64,000 nt of DNA from a virus. Taxonomy: Duplodnaviria; Caudoviricetes. The stretch is from positions 1-64,000 of IMG/VR virus record IMGVR_UViG_3300005805_000071; one strand, given 5' to 3'. The notes beneath the pieces were generated by a model, which was not told the origin of the DNA, did not search any database, and was given only the letters and a program-made list of their open reading frames with translations. This document shows positions 1 through 8,918 of this stretch, in pieces. Each line of letters starts with the position of its first letter. Position 1 is the first letter of the stretch. The translations under genes were made by a program, and so were the position numbers.

Positions 1-315
1 CTGAACAACTTCTTGCTCTTCTTCGATGAGTTCGCCATCTTCTTCGGTCTCCTCAAAAGTAGGCTTTTTATTTAGAGAATCTTGCTTGTCTCCTGACGCA
101 GCAGAAGGCTTAGTTCCAGGAGCAGTTGCACCCTTCATCTTAGCAGCAACCTTTTTACCGATTGATTCGGTATCATCTGGCTTACCTGAAGTGGGGGTAG
201 GACCACCAATTTCTTCTGCTTCGTTGTGTAGATCGGATCTTTCAGCGGGTTTTGCACCCTTGGTTACTGCATTAGTACCCTCATCTAGATCCATGCTTGA
301 AATATCTTCTGACAT
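1..315 (-). CDS. gp22: Prohead core/scaffold protein gp22, N-terminal part (runs off the window start)
   Basis: Manually translated: MSEDISSMDLDEGTNAVTKGAKPAERSDLHNEAEEIGGPTP... ATG at 315, GGAG SD at about 325-328, late promoter at 358-365. Lies directly downstream of gp21. Confidence 0.8.
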   Translation of the reverse strand, partial: MSEDISSMDLDEGTNAVTKGAKPAERSDLHNEAEEIGGPTPTSGKPDDTESIGKKVAAKMKGATAPGTKPSAASGDKQDSLNKKPTFEETEEDGELIEEEQEVVQ

Positions 316-357
316 TTGAATTGTCTCCTGTCTATTTTACGGGGAATTTCGTGTAAT

Positions 358-365
358 TATTTATA
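358..365 (-). promoter_or_regulatory. Late promoter TATAAATA upstream of gp22
   Basis: Exact T4 gp55 consensus. Confidence 0.85.
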
Positions 366-376
366 TATTAAAAATA

Positions 377-1024
377 TTATAAACCTCTAAGGAACGCTGC
401 AAATGCTTTTACTTTGCGTTCTTGGAGGTCAAAACGAGTTGCCTCGTCAATGGTTTTCTTAAGATTGTTGATATCAACTTCTCTTAACATACCACTTTCC
501 CAAACCCACTCTTTACCTTCCATGATTCCCTCAACGAAAGCATCAGGAGCAGAAGGGTCAGCTACGATATCCGCAGCAGTGGCAAGCATAAAATCTTCGC
601 CAACATAATTGACACCATCTTTAACTGTTAGAGATCCTAGACCTCTTGAAGAAACACCGAGTTTTACACCCTCATCAAGTAAGTTTTTAGCGATTTTGCC
701 CATTGGAGTTTCCAATAGTTTCGCCTTACCGATGAAATTGTTTCCTTCTCTTTTTAGGGAAAGAATTTTGTGAGAAACACGATCAAGATTGATGGTAGGA
801 CCATCGGGATGACCGAGTTCTCCAAGAGCTCTGCCTGTTCCAACAAAGTTCTCATTATATTTAGCAACTTCACGCTCAAGGATATTTACGGGATAATTTC
901 TACCATTGCGGTTTGTAATATCTCCCTGTAGAAAAATACCCTCAATAAAATGGGTTTTCTTACCATCTTTTTCTTCGGTAAGAACTTGAATCTCTTCAAT
1001 ATTCTCCGTAATTAGTTTCATCAT
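377..1024 (-). CDS. gp21: Prohead core protease gp21
   Basis: IEGIFLQ..NRNGRNYP, ALGELGHP, GVSSRGLGS and DIVADPSAPDAFV motifs of the T4 gp21 family. Confidence 0.95.
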   Translation of the reverse strand: MMKLITENIEEIQVLTEEKDGKKTHFIEGIFLQGDITNRNGRNYPVNILEREVAKYNENFVGTGRALGELGHPDGPTINLDRVSHKILSLKREGNNFIGKAKLLETPMGKIAKNLLDEGVKLGVSSRGLGSLTVKDGVNYVGEDFMLATAADIVADPSAPDAFVEGIMEGKEWVWESGMLREVDINNLKKTIDEATRFDLQERKVKAFAAFLRGL

Positions 1025-1185
1025 TCTTCTTCCTCTGATACCTCTTGATTGAAGATGTTTTGTGCTACTTCAACTTTTCTTTGTTGAATTGCGTCAAATG
1101 CTTTTGACTGCAGAACGTCACTTACAAGTTCAATTGTTTGAGCGTTGTTTTTTGCAAAAATACTATCGAAAATTTCTGTAGACAT
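1021..1185 (-). CDS. Small acidic protein in the gp67/gp68 (prohead core) position, 54 aa
   Basis: Not in the ORF track. MSTEIFDSIFAKNNAQTIELVSDVLQSKAFDAIQQEKVEVAQNIFNQEVSEEEE; its stop overlaps the gp21 start (ATGA); sits between gp20 and gp21. Confidence 0.65.
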   Translation of the reverse strand: MSTEIFDSIFAKNNAQTIELVSDVLQSKAFDAIQQRKVEVAQNIFNQEVSEEEE

Positions 1186-1209
1186 GATAATAATTAACTC
1201 CTATCTAAT

Positions 1210-1216
1210 TATTTAG
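1210..1216 (-). promoter_or_regulatory. Late promoter CTAAATA upstream of the 1021-1185 ORF and gp21
   Basis: NTAAATA overlapping the gp20 stop. Confidence 0.7.
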
Positions 1217-2850
1217 AATTCTGCTTTTTTCAGATCTCTTGGATCAGCTTCAACTCCACCATCTCCCATCTCTGGTGGACCAGTTTCCTCTGGAGGAAGA
1301 GCATTAGGATCCATAGCAGCATTCGGATCCATTGGCATTCCAGTAGCAGGATCCATCATTGCATTCGGATCCATGATCTTACCTTCTTCCATTTCTTTTT
1401 CAATTTGCTTATCAATATCCTTAAATTCCTCATCGGACTGCTTAAGAATATTGCGACGAATTTGTTCGATAGAGAAATACTTACCAACAAAAGGATCCAT
1501 GGTTGCAACGAGATTCATTCTCTCGTTCATCATCTCCATGTTCTTGAGTTCGTTGAAGTAGTTGTCAGCAATAAAATCATACTGAATATGATTTTTAATT
1601 TGATCCCAATCTTCAAGAGTAATTACACCTTTAAGAAGAAGTTGCGTCTTAAGAATATCTTGGAATAGATCTGAGAAACGCTTACGAAGACGATTGATAA
1701 ACTTCTGGAACTTGAGTTCGTCTCTCGTGATTTCAGTCGAACGACCGATGTTAAAAGTAGTTTCAGTTTCTAATCTTGAGGAAGGAACGTTGAGTGCTTT
1801 GTACAGTTTCTTTTGAAAATACTTAACATCTTCAAGTTCTCCAAGATTCTGACCACCAGGAAGAGTGGAGATTTCAGTTCCTCTACCACCTTCACGGCGA
1901 GGGAGCCAGAAGTCCTCAAGCATACTCATGAACTTACGGTCATCCTTAATCTCACCAGTGTTAGCGTCATACACTAACTTGTTTCTGTAGCGAGACATAA
2001 CCTCACGGAGATATTGCTCCGCCTTGATCTTAGGTAGGTTGCCAACATCAATATAGAAAATTCTACGCTCTGGAGCACGAGACAATCTATAGATAACCAG
2101 TGAGTCTTCGATCATTCTCAACTGGTTAACTGCTTTGATCGCTTTGTGTAGATGCGAAAGCACCATATTTTTGTTCATATCAAAGATGCCAGAATGCACA
2201 AAGGTAATTGCATCTGGAGCAATTTTGATACCCTGAGTATCACCAGCCTTCAAACCCTTTCCATTGTAGATAAAATACTCAACCGTTTTTTGCATGAACG
2301 CTTGAGCAGGATCTTCAGGATTAATTCTATCGGGTCTATTTTCAATTTCAACTACTTTACGTATTTTTCTAGGATCAACGTAACGTAATTCAATAACTCC
2401 ATCTGCAGGGTTTTTTGTATCGATGACTTTATGATAAAATAATCTTCCATCAACATACCAACGACGGAAAATTTCGTATGATTTATTTTCAAAGTCTAAA
2501 AGTTCTAGAACATAATCAAATTCTTCACGAATAAGTTTTTTAACTTTTTCGCTAACGCCTTTAAGATTTTCTAAATTTATTTCTACTGGAACATCATTAT
2601 AGTTCCCGCAAATTGCTTCATTGACAACATCATCTACAGCAGAGTCGCACTCTGGTTGTAGAATCATATCTCTGTAGCGAGTGATCATTTCCCACTCGTT
2701 TTTTACAGCTCCGTCAATATCGACGTAATAACCGTAATGACCGCCAGCTGCAATCGGAGTTGCTCCGTCCTGATTGTCTTTCTGCACAAAAGAAGGCCCT
2801 TTCGGAACCTTCTTTGCTCTCTCTACAGAGTATCCAAATAATTGTGACAT
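1213..2850 (-). CDS. gp20: Portal vertex protein gp20
   Basis: YRLSRAPERRIFYIDVGNLPK and EDFWLPRREGGRGTEISTLPGGQNLG motifs. C-terminal MDPNA repeats. Confidence 0.97.
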   Translation of the reverse strand: MSQLFGYSVERAKKVPKGPSFVQKDNQDGATPIAAGGHYGYYVDIDGAVKNEWEMITRYRDMILQPECDSAVDDVVNEAICGNYNDVPVEINLENLKGVSEKVKKLIREEFDYVLELLDFENKSYEIFRRWYVDGRLFYHKVIDTKNPADGVIELRYVDPRKIRKVVEIENRPDRINPEDPAQAFMQKTVEYFIYNGKGLKAGDTQGIKIAPDAITFVHSGIFDMNKNMVLSHLHKAIKAVNQLRMIEDSLVIYRLSRAPERRIFYIDVGNLPKIKAEQYLREVMSRYRNKLVYDANTGEIKDDRKFMSMLEDFWLPRREGGRGTEISTLPGGQNLGELEDVKYFQKKLYKALNVPSSRLETETTFNIGRSTEITRDELKFQKFINRLRKRFSDLFQDILKTQLLLKGVITLEDWDQIKNHIQYDFIADNYFNELKNMEMMNERMNLVATMDPFVGKYFSIEQIRRNILKQSDEEFKDIDKQIEKEMEEGKIMDPNAMMDPATGMPMDPNAAMDPNALPPEETGPPEMGDGGVEADPRDLKKAEF

Positions 2851-2886
2851 TCTAAAAACCTATAGTAGCAAAGATTCCCTTGCTAC

Positions 2887-2893
2887 TATTTAT
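2887..2893 (-). promoter_or_regulatory. Late promoter ATAAATA upstream of gp20
   Basis: Intergenic; overlaps the 10-bp hairpin at 2862-2889. Confidence 0.75.
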
Positions 2894-2904
2894 CAAGTTT
2901 TAAA

Positions 2905-3579
2905 TCATTGTGAATCTACAGCACCAGCAAGAGCTTCAGTGCCATCAATTTCAACTTCAGTATCACCCTCAAGTGGCTTCCAGTATTGAACTTGAAGTTC
3001 TACAGTGAACTCTTCAATAGCATCATTGGAACCAAAATCCAGATCAATTGACGAAACGTTTGATGGCCAGCAATCGTAGAACTTATATGATCTGACAGCA
3101 TTTCCTCTTCTATCTAGTTGAGTTACTTGCATATCCTTCATATAGTTTAGATAGCTTGGGGTTCCAGTTACAGCTTCGCTGTAATCAATAAGAGTTGCAT
3201 TCTCATCATAGATTTGAATGCACTCCATCCACTTTTCGAACCATGAACGAAGTCTGAAACCAGTATCATTGTGGATTGTAATAGTCCAAGGTTCAAAGGT
3301 ACGATCACCTGCAATTTTTAGCATTCTTCCACGGAAAGGAACCTCGATGACTCCAATTGTGGATGCTGGAATTTGGGCAGCTTTTACGATAAATCCACCA
3401 AGAACTCTGATCGAATTCAAACTTTCTGCATTAGCAGCATCATTAGGATCACCACCCGCAGCTAGACCGACTGCAGATGGAAAATCAATATCAACTTGGA
3501 ATAGATTTGGTCTTGCATAATCATAATTAGAATATGATTTAAAAGAAGTAATTCTTCCTCTTACGTTTGATGTTGCCAT
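2905..3579 (-). CDS. gp19: Tail tube protein gp19
   Basis: ARPNLFQV, FRGRMLKIAGDRTFEPWTITI and IEEFTVELQVQYW motifs; follows gp18. Confidence 0.95.
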   Translation of the reverse strand: MATSNVRGRITSFKSYSNYDYARPNLFQVDIDFPSAVGLAAGGDPNDAANAESLNSIRVLGGFIVKAAQIPASTIGVIEVPFRGRMLKIAGDRTFEPWTITIHNDTGFRLRSWFEKWMECIQIYDENATLIDYSEAVTGTPSYLNYMKDMQVTQLDRRGNAVRSYKFYDCWPSNVSSIDLDFGSNDAIEEFTVELQVQYWKPLEGDTEVEIDGTEALAGAVDSQ

Positions 3580-3616
3580 TAGTTTATCCTCCTATTTGAA
3601 AAAAAATATTCAAGAA

Positions 3617-5818
3617 TTACGATGCGACCTCTTCAAATGCAACACCAGTTCTGGTTGCGATGAAGGAAATTGTGATGTAGTTGATGGTTCTTGTTGGCTT
3701 GAGATAAATCTCAGCATAGAACTCTCCTCTATCGACCGAATCTGGAGGATTATTTGTCTCATCACACTTAACGAGGAAGTCTGTTACTCCTCTTCTACCT
3801 TGGATATTTCTTAGGTATGGCTCAACGAAGTTTCTAAATTGTGATCTGCTAGTTTCATCGTTTTGTGAGAATAGAAGTGCCTTTGCAGCAGTTCCAACAG
3901 TCTTTTCAATAGTTAAGAATAAACGACGAACATTGATTCTATCAAATGCCGAAGCATATCCTAGTGCAGTCTTATCTCCAAAGAGAACAATTCCTTGACC
4001 AGGGAAAGATACGATTGGATTGACTCTCTCACTGTAGAGAGTATCTCTTTGTGGTTTGTTTGGTGAATATGCTAGTTTGATTGCATTTCTTAGGACACCT
4101 CTTTGGAATCCTGCAGGTGAATACCATGCATCAACATCTCTAGCAGTAGAAAGGCATAGACCTGCCATATCAGCACCGCAGGGAATATAACGATATACAT
4201 CATTATATACATCATAGATATACTTATATCCAGTATCAAAAGCAGCATAGGAGGTGCTTGGGAACTTAGCGAAATAATTTGCTAAGTTATTTGTGATTGC
4301 ATCAGTATCAGTAATTCCTAGGACATGACCTCTTGTTGGTGAGAAGAATGTCATGCAATCCTTTCTAGAATGTACTAGATTTAGAATTAGATTTGCTTTA
4401 GTTAGAGCATCTAATTCATCATCGCCCATTCCACCAGGAATGAAGAAGTCGATATCTTCTGCTTCTACATCAGCAAATAGACTTAATGCATTTTGATATG
4501 CCTCTGAAGCAAATCCCCAAGCATCAACACCACCACTAAGAACATATTGTACAGATGCTCCATTTACACTATTTACAAAAACATTATTATCTACTACATT
4601 TGTAACTCCATCTGCAGTTTGTAGTAAGTTATATGCTGAGTTAGCAGCTGCAGTACCAGCAGCAACACCACCAGAAACAGCGAAGGTATCTGTTGTATTG
4701 TGCTCACCCCAATAAACGTAGTTTGATTTATTCTTCAGTACGGTTGGGAAATAGTTTAGTTCTCCGTTAGTTGTCTTTGCGTCAGATGCTTTTGATAAAC
4801 CGCTAAATCTTTCTAGAATAGTGTTTGGAGTACCAGTAACAGCACCAGTAGCATCTACAACTACTACATGAACTTCATCCTGATAACCATTTTTTTCTGC
4901 AACGAAAGGTGATGTTCCAGGACGAACACCAATACTAGCCCATCTTAGACCTTTGAAAACTTCTCTGGTTAGATATTCTTTAGCAACAGCACCAATATTT
5001 ACTGAGTTAGCATTTCCATCCGTGATGTCATTGCCAGCAGCAAAATTGATTGCTCCTCTATCGTTAACCGATAAAAGTCTTCTGGATACTAGTTCAACAA
5101 CAGCAGAAGAACTTCCCTGAACTACTGTATCTGTTGCGATTAAAACACCAGTATAGGTTGGTGATAATTCAACTTCTAGAGTTCTTGTTTCTGAATCCCA
5201 TGCCAAAACAGTTACAGAAGATCCACCTGCAGTAGCAGCACCAGGGACAAATGATCCAACAATATCAGTTAGTCTTAGATGTACAGAGTACTTATAAACA
5301 GTTGCAGATGCTCCGCTAGATGCACTGATAGAATCTCCAGCAGCAAACTGCCACTCATCACCAGAAGAAGGTGCATCGAGAGTGAGGATCTGATCTGGAC
5401 CTGCATCGGTCATGTATACCCTAACTCCATTTGCATAAGCACCTGGAGTCTTTGCTGCAAAATGCCATACATTACCAGTGGAATAATTATTTTCATAATC
5501 ATCAAGATTCTTAATCTTCACAGCACCGCCGTTTGAAACCGCATTTCTTAATGCTGCATCATCGGTTCTTGCAATCTTGATTGTACCACCGTATAGAATA
5601 TACTGTGCTGCAGAAAACCAAGTTTCGAAATTTTGCTCAGTTGGTCTACCAAAAACTTGCTTTAGTTGCTCTTCAGTTGTGATTACTCTTAATTCGTTAA
5701 CTGGACCACGAGCAAAGGATCCAGCAAGTCCAGCGTAAGCTGGGTTTGTTGCGGTAGTTACAGTAGAGTTATCAATTTCTCTGATAACTACCCCTGGCGA
5801 AAGTTGACTTAATGCCAT
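3617..5818 (-). CDS. gp18: Tail sheath protein gp18
   Basis: SPGVVIREID start, WYSPAGFQRG, FDRINVRRLF and IYLKPTRTINYITISF motifs. Confidence 0.97.
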   Translation of the reverse strand: MALSQLSPGVVIREIDNSTVTTATNPAYAGLAGSFARGPVNELRVITTEEQLKQVFGRPTEQNFETWFSAAQYILYGGTIKIARTDDAALRNAVSNGGAVKIKNLDDYENNYSTGNVWHFAAKTPGAYANGVRVYMTDAGPDQILTLDAPSSGDEWQFAAGDSISASSGASATVYKYSVHLRLTDIVGSFVPGAATAGGSSVTVLAWDSETRTLEVELSPTYTGVLIATDTVVQGSSSAVVELVSRRLLSVNDRGAINFAAGNDITDGNANSVNIGAVAKEYLTREVFKGLRWASIGVRPGTSPFVAEKNGYQDEVHVVVVDATGAVTGTPNTILERFSGLSKASDAKTTNGELNYFPTVLKNKSNYVYWGEHNTTDTFAVSGGVAAGTAAANSAYNLLQTADGVTNVVDNNVFVNSVNGASVQYVLSGGVDAWGFASEAYQNALSLFADVEAEDIDFFIPGGMGDDELDALTKANLILNLVHSRKDCMTFFSPTRGHVLGITDTDAITNNLANYFAKFPSTSYAAFDTGYKYIYDVYNDVYRYIPCGADMAGLCLSTARDVDAWYSPAGFQRGVLRNAIKLAYSPNKPQRDTLYSERVNPIVSFPGQGIVLFGDKTALGYASAFDRINVRRLFLTIEKTVGTAAKALLFSQNDETSRSQFRNFVEPYLRNIQGRRGVTDFLVKCDETNNPPDSVDRGEFYAEIYLKPTRTINYITISFIATRTGVAFEEVAS

Positions 5819-5859
5819 GTCTTATTCTCCTGGAAGATTGTCAAGGTTTACTCTGAAAT

Positions 5860-5866
5860 TATTTAT
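5860..5866 (-). promoter_or_regulatory. Late promoter ATAAATA upstream of gp18
   Basis: Intergenic. Confidence 0.8.
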
Positions 5867-5908
5867 CAAAACGATTATTTCCATTGGGGAAATCATGCAT
5901 GAACACAG

Positions 5909-6148
5909 TTACCAATCAGGATATTCCCATCTATCTAAAATCTTACTAGACATTCTTCCAACTGTTATTCTTTTTATAGTACACTCCTTACATTCATAAG
6001 AATATGCTGATGGATAAAATCCTCTGTCTTTTCTTGTCAAATAAAAATCTTCTAATAAATTTTTAACTTGCCCACAAGATCTACATTGACGATCTACAAA
6101 TAGTAGGTGTTCTAAATTTATTTGATTATTAAGATCCACTATCTCCAT
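5909..6148 (-). CDS. Conserved hypothetical protein with CxxC...CxxC (putative Zn-binding)
   Basis: CRSCG...ECKEC, C-terminal WEYPDW. Start is ATG 6148 or 6154; overlaps the end of gp17. Confidence 0.7.
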   Translation of the reverse strand: MEIVDLNNQINLEHLLFVDRQCRSCGQVKNLLEDFYLTRKDRGFYPSAYSYECKECTIKRITVGRMSSKILDRWEYPDW

Positions 6149-7788
6149 TCCCACATAAACGATCTGTCACCATATTCATCTAGGTGCCACCGATCACCAT
6201 CATTATCCACAAAACTTTCTTCTTCTGTTCCATCTAATATGAAACCAAAAGGAGCCATATCTGCTTCAATTGCTTCTCTTTGGTCATCATAGATTCTTTG
6301 ACGAACATCATTATTCGTCATTTCTCTAAAGTAAGGTTGCATTGCAAGCCAAGAGAATATCACAAGAGACATTGCCAAGTCATCATTACATCCTTCTTCT
6401 GCCTCAAATGAATTGCCCTTCTGAATGAATGTTGTGAGTTCACTAATAATATCGTAATCCTTTACGATAAGTTTATCTTCTTCTATCAGTGCTTTCAGGT
6501 TAGAGCAACCAACTTTTTTAACAGCGGAAGTCATACGAACTCCAAGTGAAGCCTTCTTTCCACTAAAACCAGATCCTACAATCTGACCTGCACGACCTCT
6601 CATCGAACACATTAATAGGTTGTCGTATTCCAAATCATATTGTAGAATATCAGCGACTTGTGCGCCAATATCATTGACTTCTATTAGTATGTATGCTTTG
6701 TTATAATTTTTTGCTACATCATGAATAATATTTGGTAAGAGAATTGGTTTAATGTCATTGTTCTTGTACTTACCGACAATATTATATGGAATCGTTGTGA
6801 TATCAACAATAATAAATGCAGAGTAATCCTGACTAGTTCCCCTTGAAGTATCAACAGTCAAGATATACTGGTGATCTGGTTTTGCTTCTTCATAGATATC
6901 AAGTCCCTTGTTAGATCTAATAGGATCTTCATAAACCATGTTTCTGAGTTTTGCTGGATTGATGAGAGTATCAACCGATCCTAAGAACTCGCACTCAAAC
7001 TCCTGAGTAAACTGTCTCTGTGATGTATTAGCAATCGTCTCTTCTTTCCACTTAGCATCTCTACCTGGAACCTGAGACCAGTGTACTTCTAGAGGAACAT
7101 AACTATTCTTATTTCTTTCAGCATCATGCCAAAGTTTATAGAACATATTCATTCCGTTTGGTGTCGAAATGATAATAACTTTGGTGGTCTTACCAGATGA
7201 AATAGTTGGATATACAGACGAGAAAAACTGCTCTGCGATGTTGTTTGGGATGAACGCAAATTCGTCCAAGAAGATGATATTGAAGGAGTTTCCTCGGACT
7301 GCGCTAGATGATGTAGATGCTGCAATGATCTTAGAACCATTCTCTAATTCTAGAGATCCCTTGTTCCAAGAGACAATACCATGCTGCATCCACTTTGGAA
7401 GATTTTCATATGATAACTGCAAACGAGACAGAAGTTCTCTTGACGTTTCAGCCTTGTTTGCTAGAATGGCAATCTTAACGTTATCGTTGAATAACGCATA
7501 GTGCATCAAATAGGAAACGCAAGTCGTTGATTTCCCTGTCTGACGTGGAAGCTTTGCAATATTAAATCTATTCTTATGAAAATTTGTAATCAACTCTTCT
7601 TGGAAATCCCACATCTCAAATGGGATTAGACCTTCATCAAGAGAAACAATTTTTACATAGTTCTTAGCAAAGTACAATGGATCTTGACTACACTTGATAA
7701 ATTCTTCAATTTGTTCTTGTGTAAATTCAACTGATACGTTTGCTTTTTTTAGATTAGGATTACCAAGATAAATGTCGTTAGCGTTCAT
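6139..7788 (-). CDS. gp17: Terminase large subunit gp17
   Basis: Walker A PRQTGKST, Walker B IIFLDEFAF, nuclease VDTSRG and DDLAM. Uninterrupted, with no intein-sized insertion. Confidence 0.97.
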   Translation of the reverse strand: MNANDIYLGNPNLKKANVSVEFTQEQIEEFIKCSQDPLYFAKNYVKIVSLDEGLIPFEMWDFQEELITNFHKNRFNIAKLPRQTGKSTTCVSYLMHYALFNDNVKIAILANKAETSRELLSRLQLSYENLPKWMQHGIVSWNKGSLELENGSKIIAASTSSSAVRGNSFNIIFLDEFAFIPNNIAEQFFSSVYPTISSGKTTKVIIISTPNGMNMFYKLWHDAERNKNSYVPLEVHWSQVPGRDAKWKEETIANTSQRQFTQEFECEFLGSVDTLINPAKLRNMVYEDPIRSNKGLDIYEEAKPDHQYILTVDTSRGTSQDYSAFIIVDITTIPYNIVGKYKNNDIKPILLPNIIHDVAKNYNKAYILIEVNDIGAQVADILQYDLEYDNLLMCSMRGRAGQIVGSGFSGKKASLGVRMTSAVKKVGCSNLKALIEEDKLIVKDYDIISELTTFIQKGNSFEAEEGCNDDLAMSLVIFSWLAMQPYFREMTNNDVRQRIYDDQREAIEADMAPFGFILDGTEEESFVDNDGDRWHLDEYGDRSFMWEWR

Positions 7789-8222
7789 ACAAAATTACGG
7801 TTGTCCACTTCACCTTTTCGTCTTGCTTCTAGAAGAGCAAAATCTTTTACCTTAGTATCTCCTAGATAAGACCAAGCATAACCCTGTTGGATCATTTGCT
7901 CATTGATGGAAGTGGGTTCATCATTAATATATAGCCATCCTAAAATTCTTCCATACTTTTCTGTACTGTCTGGAAGTTCTGTTTTAATAATAATATTTTT
8001 TGCAAACTCAAGACGATGCTTCAACCAATCTTTTGATTCAAGACCGAGTTTCTTTTCATATGAATCTTTAGTGCGACTCTCTGGCGTATCAATACCAGCA
8101 AGACGAACTCTTTTAGCAAGAGAGACATCGAATCCTAGATCAATATCCACATCAATCGTATCGCCATCGACAACTTTATGAACTTGTCTAACGCGATAAA
8201 CGTAAGGATCTTTTAAACTCAT
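7785..8222 (-). CDS. Thermonuclease (SNase-like) nuclease
   Basis: KVVDGDTIDV, RVRLAGIDTPE and KYGRILGWLY are typical SNase motifs. Confidence 0.9.
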   Translation of the reverse strand: MSLKDPYVYRVRQVHKVVDGDTIDVDIDLGFDVSLAKRVRLAGIDTPESRTKDSYEKKLGLESKDWLKHRLEFAKNIIIKTELPDSTEKYGRILGWLYINDEPTSINEQMIQQGYAWSYLGDTKVKDFALLEARRKGEVDNRNFV

Positions 8223-8326
8223 TTTTTCTTTCCGCCGTTCTTTGCTTTCTTAGCAGTTGCATTTCCCTGGTTCTGCTTCTTATTTCCAGCAGATCCTTTT
8301 TTACCTTTGTTTGGTGACTTAGACAT
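8219..8326 (-). CDS. Very basic 35-aa peptide
   Basis: Not in the ORF track. MSKSPNKGKKGSAGNKKQNQGNATAKKAKNGGKKK; coupled by a TGATG overlap upstream and an ATGA overlap downstream. Confidence 0.7.
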   Translation of the reverse strand: MSKSPNKGKKGSAGNKKQNQGNATAKKAKNGGKKK

Positions 8327-8892
8327 CAGCAGTTCCAAGCTCGTAATGATTTATTTATGCGTGAGTCTGGATCATTTGCAGTTTTAGAGGAAGTTAACTT
8401 CTTCTTCATTCCAGACATTCTAGCGCAGAACGATGCGCGACGGGGATTTCCAACCTCTTTGCTTGGTGCTTTAAGATCGCTTCCTGGATTCGCAGCTTCG
8501 TAGGATTTACGTCCTTTTTCGTTGAGTCCGCCATTTTTGTTTTTTCCTTCTTTGTTCTGCCAAGCCTCTCCTTCTTCAATATACTCTCCAAAGGAAGGAA
8601 TGTAAGAATTATTTAAACGTGCTTTCTTCTGTGCTTTTTCATATTCTCTGTGTGCTCTATTTCTTGCTCCCTCTGCTTCCATAGGACTTTTACCTGCCTT
8701 GGTTGCAGCAGCATGAGCCTCATCGCCAGCAGCTTTCTTTTTCGCTGCATGATCAGCATAATGTTTTACAATTTGATCTTGCTTCTGAGTATTACTAATA
8801 ACTTCAGAAGAACTTACTTTTTGTTTGATGCCGCCGAACTTTGCTCTACGAGCATTACCCGAAGAAGTGTTTTCCCTTAGATTATCTTCCAT
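8326..8892 (-). CDS. Hypothetical basic protein with a C-terminal phage domain (DUF6321-like, recalled)
   Basis: AWQNKEGKNKNGGLNEKGRKSY...RRASFCARMSGM...DPDSRINKSLRAWNC. Late promoter at 8912-8918. Confidence 0.75.
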   Translation of the reverse strand: MEDNLRENTSSGNARRAKFGGIKQKVSSSEVISNTQKQDQIVKHYADHAAKKKAAGDEAHAAATKAGKSPMEAEGARNRAHREYEKAQKKARLNNSYIPSFGEYIEEGEAWQNKEGKNKNGGLNEKGRKSYEAANPGSDLKAPSKEVGNPRRASFCARMSGMKKKLTSSKTANDPDSRINKSLRAWNC

Positions 8893-8911
8893 GGTTTATT
8901 CCTAGATGTAC

Positions 8912-8918
8912 TATTTAT
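8912..8918 (-). promoter_or_regulatory. Late promoter ATAAATA upstream of ORF 8326-8892
   Basis: Overlaps the upstream stop. A second copy lies inside that ORF at 8352-8358. Confidence 0.7.

Noticed and set aside
1300-1380. GGATCCAT repeats at the end of gp20
   Set aside because: Encode a low-complexity MDPNA tail; disordered portal C-termini are common.
6139-7788. Intein or intron in the terminase or portal genes
   Set aside because: Lengths are normal, reading frames are continuous and no splicing motifs were seen.
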